The translations under genes and the position numbers were made by a program. From IMG/VR virus record IMGVR_UViG_3300045988_084715: 17,875 bases of DNA. One strand, 5' to 3'. The stretch's first letter is position 1. The number at the start of each line of letters is the position of its first letter. Positions 1 through 5,014 of this stretch are shown here, piece after piece. This DNA is from a virus. A model generated the notes under the pieces. The model had not been told where the DNA came from. It saw only the letters and a program-made list of their open reading frames with translations, and did not search any database.

Positions 1-111
1 TTAGCTAAGTTACGGTTACGTAAGTGTAGTTTGTTGGTTGGTGGGTGGGTGTTTGTTGTTGTTGTTGTGTTTTGTTTTTGGGTGTGTTGTTGTTTTGTTT
101 GTGGTATAGTG
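1..111. repeat. Left inverted terminal repeat (ITR)
   Basis: Base-by-base comparison: nt 1-111 equal the reverse complement of nt 17767-17875, apart from one 2-nt (GT) indel around nt 84-87. From about nt 25 the + strand contains only G and T plus a few A. Confidence 0.95.
102..110 (+). promoter_or_regulatory. Extended -10 promoter at the inner edge of the left ITR, firing inward
   Basis: TGgTATAGT (TG at 102-103, hexamer at 105-110). It is followed by the SD-like box TTCAAGGGAAAGGA (123-136) and ATG 143. The mirror copy sits in the right ITR. Confidence 0.45.
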
Positions 112-142
112 GTGGTGTTGGTTTCAAGGGAAAGGAATTGAT

Positions 143-373
143 ATGTGGCATTTTGTTATCACCGCAGATGGTTTTCAGGTGTTTGAGGTTTTGCCTTATT
201 GCTTGAAGATTAGTGGTGTGTTTCGTACGATGTCGTTGAAGGAGTCGTTGGATGGGGTTTTGTCTCATGTCCGTCATGCGTATTCCGGTATGGATGTGGA
301 CGTGGAGATTGATAATGCCACGTTCGATATGGATGGTAATATGGTCGGTATGGTTTGGGTGGTGATGTTGTAA
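143..373 (+). CDS. Hypothetical small early protein (76 aa)
   Basis: ATG 143 lies 7 nt after the AAGGGAAAGGA SD-like box. First codon positions are G-rich (gat, ggt, gtt, gag, gtg). The stop overlaps the next ATG (TAATG, 371-375). No recognisable domain. G/T-rich DNA makes ORF calling unreliable here. Confidence 0.45.
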   Translation: MWHFVITADGFQVFEVLPYCLKISGVFRTMSLKESLDGVLSHVRHAYSGMDVDVEIDNATFDMDGNMVGMVWVVML

Positions 374-540
374 TGGTTGGTTTGGTTGTTGCCGTCTGTA
401 TTCTTTCCGTGCTGTTTCTTGTGATGACCGTTATGGTGTTTTGTGAACTGCCGCGTAATGGGCGTGATGTGTTTTGTTTTTTGGTTATGCTTGCTGTGGG
501 CGTGTCCATTGTGTTGGGTTTTCTTGTTAGGGGGTTTTGA
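373..540 (+). CDS. Hypothetical small membrane protein (55 aa, two hydrophobic segments)
   Basis: ATG 373 is in frame within track ORF 355..540 and overlaps the upstream stop. VGLVVAVCILSVLFLVMTVMVF and VFCFLVMLAVGVSIVLGFLV are separated by ELPRNGRD. Caveat: G/T-rich DNA yields V/L/F/G-rich peptides in any frame. Confidence 0.4.
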   Translation: MVGLVVAVCILSVLFLVMTVMVFCELPRNGRDVFCFLVMLAVGVSIVLGFLVRGF

Positions 541-746
541 GATTGTATTTCCGTGGCTGGATATATTCGTGGGTGTGCGGTACATGCTCGTATGCCGATA
601 GTTATTGGCGTCTTCGTGCGTTTTGGGCTGGGCGCCGTCATAAAGGTTCGCCGGATGACCCGCCGAAAAGGTGTCCACGCTCTGACGTGTGGATGAACAT
701 GTGGCTGTATGGTGCCAGTGATTTTTCGGATGAATTGGAGTTTTGA
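537..746 (+). CDS. Doubtful small ORF (69 aa, W/C/R-rich)
   Basis: Only TTG starts are available: 537, overlapping the upstream TGA, or 543, which is 8 nt after AGGGGG at 529-534. Composition is odd and there is no domain. Kept only because it continues the + strand ORF chain. Confidence 0.2.
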   Translation: MRLYFRGWIYSWVCGTCSYADSYWRLRAFWAGRRHKGSPDDPPKRCPRSDVWMNMWLYGASDFSDELEF

Positions 747-915
747 CGTGTATAGCACTTTGTTGCTCTCGCTTATCTGAAGGATGCGAGTAAACCGCCT
801 ATCGAGGTCGGTTATGCGGACTCGTACGTGGATGCGGCGGACTTGATTAAGCGGTGGGTGTCCATTCGCTCTCATATGGAGAACATCTCGTATTTTCGGG
901 TGGTGAAACGGTATT

Positions 916-1434
916 ATGTTTGACCGTGGTGATGACAGAACGCCGATCTATCGTATGCGTCAGTTTGATGACGCGATTATGGAGTCACCTCGTGTTGTCA
1001 GAGCCACGCGGGGTCATACTCGTGAGTTGAATCTGAAACGGTATGATGTCGGGTTTGGTGATTTTGAATCGTGTTGCCGGGCTGTTAATATGCTGTGCGA
1101 ATTGTGGGGTGAAGCTCCGAGTGCTTGGTTTACGCAAGCGGTTGTTGCCGTGTCGCGGATATGCGCGGGTCTCTCTATGCGGGATGGACTCATTGATGTA
1201 TTGTCTCGTACGTATGATGTCGAGTATTTGGATGGTACTGTCAATCCGCCGAATTTGATTGCGTGGTGTGCTGTCTGTGCGGCCAAGGGCGGCACGTCAT
1301 ATGACTGTTGCACGGTTTTTGATAGTCCGCAAGCGCAAAACCTGATTATCGCCGTGTTTAAAAATTTTGACAGACTGGACACAACACGGTATAATGACAG
1401 TGGATTGCAAAAAATCTTGCTACAAGGGAGGTAA
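916..1434 (+). CDS. Hypothetical early protein (172 aa, Cys-rich), no recognisable family
   Basis: Clean ORF with good codon periodicity. It prefers T/G-ending codons (gat, ggt, cgt, ttg), unlike the C-ending codons of the rest of the genome. Weak SD (GGTG, 902-905). Its 3' end carries a consensus promoter. Confidence 0.65.
   Translation: MFDRGDDRTPIYRMRQFDDAIMESPRVVRATRGHTRELNLKRYDVGFGDFESCCRAVNMLCELWGEAPSAWFTQAVVAVSRICAGLSMRDGLIDVLSRTYDVEYLDGTVNPPNLIAWCAVCAAKGGTSYDCCTVFDSPQAQNLIIAVFKNFDRLDTTRYNDSGLQKILLQGR
1367..1395 (+). promoter_or_regulatory. Perfect sigma-70/sigma-A consensus promoter (early replication operon)
   Basis: TTGACA (1367-1372), a 17-nt spacer (1373-1389), then TATAAT (1390-1395), counted directly. 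It lies about 40 nt upstream of the GGGAGG SD and TTG start at 1437. Confidence 0.7.
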
Positions 1435-1436
1435 AA

Positions 1437-1751
1437 TTGGCTAGGACTAAAACCGATATTTTTCGCACGCGCGTGTACGCGGTGCTTAAGGGCATGGAAT
1501 TGGTGGACGGCGACTTCGTGGAAGCGGAGCACGTTATCGATGGACGTTTGAAGGACGCTCGCGCGTATTCGATTCGTGCAAAAAAACTGTTTCCGAATTT
1601 CATCCCGCGTTCCATCGGAATTTTTTCGCAAAAAGTTTCAATGGATGAAGAAACTTTCTATAAGTATGCTACTTTCGGGAAACCACAAGAATGGAAACCG
1701 GAAGAACATACAAAACGACACGCCAATATTGAAAATAATGACGGCATGTGA
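1437..1751 (+). CDS. Early protein, candidate phi29 p6-like double-stranded DNA-binding (origin-remodelling) protein, 104 aa
   Basis: TTG start 6 nt after GGGAGG (1425-1430). Same length as phi29 p6 and the same position, immediately upstream of the SSB-like gene. By-eye similarity to my remembered p6 sequence: LVDGDFVEAEHV vs MVDGEVQVEQL, and a later ...Y..ATF vs ...F.EVATV segment. The CDS itself is well supported; the function is tentative. Confidence 0.5.
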   Translation: MARTKTDIFRTRVYAVLKGMELVDGDFVEAEHVIDGRLKDARAYSIRAKKLFPNFIPRSIGIFSQKVSMDEETFYKYATFGKPQEWKPEEHTKRHANIENNDGM

Positions 1752-1757
1752 TATAAA
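1749..1757 (+). promoter_or_regulatory. Possible extended -10 promoter upstream of the SSB-like gene
   Basis: TGaTATAAA overlapping the stop codon of the upstream gene, in an AT-rich spacer (1752-1812). A weak hairpin TTTTAGGC-GTAA-GCCTGAAAA follows. Confidence 0.3.
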
Positions 1758-1812
1758 AGATTTTAGGCGTAAGCCTGAAAATAAAATAATAACAATCTAG
1801 GAAAGGTTAAAC

Positions 1813-2250
1813 ATGGAAAACACCAATAACGCACTCGTCGCATTCAACACCGAAAACACCGAACTCGGCACCGTCCAGCACTTCATCGACACTTCTACTC
1901 GTGAAGGCAAAATCAAGCTCTACAGCGCCCTACAGAACGCCGAAAAGCTCGATGAACACCTCAACGAGCCGCTGAACATGACGAACGCAGTCGCACAGGC
2001 CGTACAGGTGACCGACGATCAGACGGGAGAAGTCTCCAACACCGTGCGCGTCATCATCGTAACCGAGGACGGCAAGGCGTACGCGGCCACCTCACCGACT
2101 CTGGCGGCCGGACTCAACACCATGTTCGGCATTTTCGGAACGCCGAACACTTGGGACGCGCCACTCGCCATCAAGGTGGTGGAACGCCGCTCTCGTCGCG
2201 GCTTCAAGTTCTTCAGCATCGAACCGGTGGTGGACAAAAAGGCGAAGTGA
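1813..2250 (+). CDS. Single-stranded DNA-binding protein, phi29 p5-like (145 aa)
   Basis: SD GGAAAGG 7 nt upstream of the ATG. The N-terminus MENTNNALVAFNTENTELG resembles the remembered phi29 p5 N-terminus MENTNIVKATFDTETLEG. Further colinear matches: NAVAQ..QVTD..G, DGKAYAATS vs DGSLYSAIS, and the C-terminal RGFKFFSIE vs KGNVFFSLQ. Position matches phi29 gene 5. Confidence 0.65.
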   Translation: MENTNNALVAFNTENTELGTVQHFIDTSTREGKIKLYSALQNAEKLDEHLNEPLNMTNAVAQAVQVTDDQTGEVSNTVRVIIVTEDGKAYAATSPTLAAGLNTMFGIFGTPNTWDAPLAIKVVERRSRRGFKFFSIEPVVDKKAK

Positions 2251-2263
2251 TCTTGCGTGAGCT

Positions 2264-2272
2264 TGCTATAAT
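2264..2272 (+). promoter_or_regulatory. Extended -10 promoter (TGcTATAAT) upstream of the terminal protein and polymerase genes
   Basis: TG at 2264-2265, TATAAT at 2267-2272, in the 91-nt gap after the SSB gene. It belongs to the GCTATAAT(T)GG motif family also seen at 4781 and 13862. Confidence 0.5.
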
Positions 2273-2294
2273 TGGTAAGTAGCGTTCGTTCATA

Positions 2295-2319
2295 GAGAGC
2301 ACCCTAACCGGGTGCTCTC
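2295..2319 (+). promoter_or_regulatory. Perfect 10-bp hairpin in the leader of the terminal-protein gene
   Basis: GAGAGCACCC (2295-2304), loop TAACC, GGGTGCTCTC (2310-2319). No U-tract follows, so it is more likely a leader or processing structure than a strong terminator. Confidence 0.4.
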
Positions 2320-2341
2320 GCCATCTTAAGGACTGTGCCAT

Positions 2342-3304
2342 ATGTCTCGGAAGAAAAAGCATGTCAAGGCACGTCAGGCCGCACAAGCCCGCGCCGCACG
2401 TAACATCAAACAGCTTGGCGCCTACTCCCACTCGAATCTCGCCAAAACCGCAGACAAGCAATTGGTCAACATTGCGAAAACTTTGGGCGAGGAATGGGAA
2501 CGGCAGAAGAAGCAGACCATCGCGGAAGCGAAAGCAACACCATATCATGCCAGTGCCGTGGAGAAGCCGACGAAAAAAGACTACATGTTCGCCCGACGCC
2601 CCCCCATCACGGACGCACAGATCAGCGCGGAACCGGTGGCAAGACGCCGTAAACTGCTCAGGCAACAGCAGCGGAAAATCAATGCGGCACGACGGAAAAT
2701 CAACGAATGGAACAAAATGCGGGCCATGCCGCAACGCAGCGTATACGATCAGCGTGTGGCCGAAATCACCGGAACCACCGGCGAGGGTTTCGGGCGTACC
2801 CAGATCATTCCCTCAAAACTCACCGACTTTTTGCAAATGACGAACGTGTTGGGCGACGAAGCGTTCGTCCGATCCCAATTGGAGAGCGGACACCGCGATG
2901 AACTGCGCCGACAGATGCACGACGTTGCCGAAATACTGGGGCTGCGCACCGAACAGAAACGCAGGCCATCCAAAAAACGAGGAACAGGCAAACAGGGCAA
3001 GGACCTGTACGGCGAGCACGAATGGCCGTCATACATGCCACGCGGACGTTACGAAGTGTTCGAAAAAATCTTGGGCACCACGCTCGGTTCGAAACAGCTG
3101 AAACGATTCCGCCAACTGTCGGCAGCGCAAAAGAGGGCTTTCATCGAACAGACCGACGCCCCCCGCGTCGTGTTCGACTGGACGGCGTACGACCCGACTC
3201 GACACGGCTTCACATCGATCTTCCGGGACAACAGCAAGGGTTACCAGCGCGCACGGCGACAGTTCGACCGGTGGATGGCGGAAGCGGGCGCGTTGGAAAA
3301 GTAG
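2342..3304 (+). CDS. Candidate terminal protein (TP) for protein-primed replication (320 aa, very basic)
   Basis: Lies immediately upstream of the protein-primed polymerase, as phi29 gene 3 does. The N-terminus is highly basic (MSRKKKHVKARQAAQARAARNIK) and K/R-rich throughout. I saw no direct sequence similarity by eye; the call rests on synteny, composition and the ITR-bounded genome. Confidence 0.65.
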   Translation: MSRKKKHVKARQAAQARAARNIKQLGAYSHSNLAKTADKQLVNIAKTLGEEWERQKKQTIAEAKATPYHASAVEKPTKKDYMFARRPPITDAQISAEPVARRRKLLRQQQRKINAARRKINEWNKMRAMPQRSVYDQRVAEITGTTGEGFGRTQIIPSKLTDFLQMTNVLGDEAFVRSQLESGHRDELRRQMHDVAEILGLRTEQKRRPSKKRGTGKQGKDLYGEHEWPSYMPRGRYEVFEKILGTTLGSKQLKRFRQLSAAQKRAFIEQTDAPRVVFDWTAYDPTRHGFTSIFRDNSKGYQRARRQFDRWMAEAGALEK

Positions 3305-3335
3305 CGGACAGGCAAGCAAGGGGGAAAGTTATACC

Positions 3336-4787
3336 ATGACCATGCAAGACAGTCGGGTGGGATTATGGTGCGCGGATAACGTCATCCGCTGTACGGACGG
3401 CACCGTTCTGTGCGACGTCACCGCGCCACAGTGCCTTCTGGCATCCATCATGTCAGGCGGGAAACTCACCGTCTATGTGACCGATCCTGACGTTTTGGAC
3501 CCGTTTATGGCGCACGTCGTACACTCCCTGCCCCACAACGAGCACAGCGCGAATCTGAGTTGGGACGCGATTGTTTCGAAAAAGGCGAAATTTTTCAGTT
3601 TCACGGTGCGTATCGACCGTGAGAATTCCGCGCGCTTTTTCGACATATCGAATCTTTTGCGTGAGAACTGCCGTCTCACCATGACCGACACGCAACTGCT
3701 CAACATCTTGCGTGAATACGACAGCCGTGGCCTGTGCAAGATCACGGCGGGCGGTGCAAGTATGGAAGCGTTCGCGTCGGGCGAGTGGAAATGGTATTAC
3801 GACAAATTCCCACAACTCGAACCGGAGGATAAAGAGTCATTGCATGACGCTTATATCGGCGGTTTCATGCTCGCCAAAGAGGGAGAGTACGGTCGGGCCA
3901 TCGACGTTGACTGCAATAGCATGTACCCGTCCATCCTCCGGGACGAATGGCTGCCGTGGGGCGAACCGGAACCATACGACGGCAAATATGAACAGGACAA
4001 TGACATGCCGCTGCATTGTGATGAAATCATATTCCGCGCGGAACTCAAACCGGACGGATACCCCTTCCTGCTCGACAACCGCAGTATCTACGGTTTGAAC
4101 CGACTCACCTCAACACGCGGATACATCATGCGCGTGCTGACCGACATCGATCAGGAACTGCTTTACCGGAATTATGAAGTGATCGTCTACAAGCACGTAA
4201 GGGGATGGAAATTCCGACGCTCCAAGGGTTTCTTCCGGTCGTACGTGGATGAATGGGGTGAACTGAAACAACAAGCAACCGGCGAGAAAAAACAGATGGC
4301 GAAACTCATTATGAACGCGCTTGTAGGTAAAATGGCGAGTCTGCCAAAAGGCGCCGTCATGATCCCAACCTCACAAGACGGCGTCACGTTGGACTGGACT
4401 ATGGGACGGCGTGAAGAATCGAACCTCAAAACCGACTATCTGCCCGTGCCGGTCTGGGTCAACGCCTACGCCCGACGCAAACTTATCGACGTATGCCATG
4501 CGAACGCCGACCGGCTGCTGTACGCCAACACGGACGGCTGTATTTTGAGCGGCTGGGATCCGGTGGAATCATGTGACATCCATCCGACCGAACTTGGAAA
4601 ATGGAAAATCGCCGCCAAGTACGAGAGACTGACCATCCTCGGCATGAACCGCTACCAAGGATGGCGTGATGACGGCGGGGTTGACGTCTGCATGGCGGGG
4701 AACATGTTCACGGAACCAATACCGTACGAACAATTCCGGCATGGATCGCAAGTCACGGACGATTACGGCACAACGGTCATGCTATAA
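3336..4787 (+). CDS. Family-B protein-primed DNA polymerase (483 aa)
   Basis: YxGG motif AYIGGF (Y173). Motif A: DVDCNSMYPS. Motif B: KLIMNALVGK, vs phi29 KLMLNSLYGK. Motif C: YANTDG, vs YCDTDS. ELGKWK...NRY corresponds to the phi29 KLGYW...KTY region. Motif A-B and B-C spacings are similar to phi29, which leaves room for the TPR1/TPR2 insertions. SD GGGGGAAAG upstream. Confidence 0.95.
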   Translation: MTMQDSRVGLWCADNVIRCTDGTVLCDVTAPQCLLASIMSGGKLTVYVTDPDVLDPFMAHVVHSLPHNEHSANLSWDAIVSKKAKFFSFTVRIDRENSARFFDISNLLRENCRLTMTDTQLLNILREYDSRGLCKITAGGASMEAFASGEWKWYYDKFPQLEPEDKESLHDAYIGGFMLAKEGEYGRAIDVDCNSMYPSILRDEWLPWGEPEPYDGKYEQDNDMPLHCDEIIFRAELKPDGYPFLLDNRSIYGLNRLTSTRGYIMRVLTDIDQELLYRNYEVIVYKHVRGWKFRRSKGFFRSYVDEWGELKQQATGEKKQMAKLIMNALVGKMASLPKGAVMIPTSQDGVTLDWTMGRREESNLKTDYLPVPVWVNAYARRKLIDVCHANADRLLYANTDGCILSGWDPVESCDIHPTELGKWKIAAKYERLTILGMNRYQGWRDDGGVDVCMAGNMFTEPIPYEQFRHGSQVTDDYGTTVML

Positions 4788-4788
4788 T
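4780..4788 (+). promoter_or_regulatory. Extended -10 promoter (TGcTATAAT) overlapping the polymerase stop codon
   Basis: T4780 G4781 c4782 TATAAT 4783-4788, with the TAA stop at 4785-4787. Same GCTATAATGG core as at 2265 and 13862. Confidence 0.45.
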
Positions 4789-4794
4789 GGTTGA

Positions 4795-4962
4795 GTCCTG
4801 TGAGCGCCGGTTTTCGACTGGGAACGGACGTGTGAGGACTGCCACGGCTGAAAACGCCGCCGAACACGATTCGCTGCTGTGGTGGCAGCGCCCTACGATC
4901 ATCACATTTGCGCTCCAATAGGACAGTCCAGGCCCCGCGCGATTGCGGGGTCATTTTACTTT
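4795..4962 (+). ncRNA. Candidate structured small RNA of about 165 nt (possible pRNA-like packaging RNA or other sRNA)
   Basis: Bounded by the promoter at 4780-4788 and the intrinsic terminator at 4931-4962. A possible 5'/3' closing helix pairs GUCCU (4795-4799) with AGGAC (4920-4924) and AGCGC (4803-4807) with GCGCU (4910-4914), around an internal loop. There is a hairpin CGCUGC-UGUGGUG-GCAGCG (4872-4890) and a GUUUUC/GAAAAC helix (4810-4815/4850-4855). Alternative reading: a 44-aa ORF at 4787-4921. Confidence 0.35.
4931..4962 (+). terminator. Rho-independent terminator closing the early region
   Basis: GGCCCCGC (4931-4938), loop GCGATT, GCGGGGTC (4945-4952), then ATTTTACTTT. Confidence 0.75.
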
Positions 4963-4970
4963 CCGCCGCA

Positions 4971-4979
4971 TGATATAAT
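4971..4979 (+). promoter_or_regulatory. Extended -10 promoter (TGaTATAAT) of the late structural operon
   Basis: TG at 4971-4972, TATAAT at 4974-4979. It lies directly after the terminator and 36 nt upstream of the scaffold ATG (SD AAGGAGA, 5002-5008). Confidence 0.6.
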
Positions 4980-5014
4980 TTGATGAGAACACTACCAACG
5001 TAAGGAGAATTCGC

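Noticed and set aside
5-875. Long minus-strand ORFs in the left arm (5..277, 274..678, 210..875)
   Set aside because: They are T/P/H/N/K/Q-rich low-complexity translations of an A/C-rich strand, where stop codons are rare by composition. One runs through the ITR to the genome end. None has an SD-like sequence. The inward ITR promoter and box favour + strand expression. The ambiguity is noted in the findings.
4787-4921. 44-aa ORF (MVESCERRFSTGNGRVRTATAENAAEHDSLLWWQRPTIITFALQ) coupled by TAATG to the polymerase stop
   Set aside because: There is no SD and no recognisable features, and it overlaps the predicted RNA helices. It is kept as the explicit alternative to the ncRNA hypothesis rather than annotated as a CDS.
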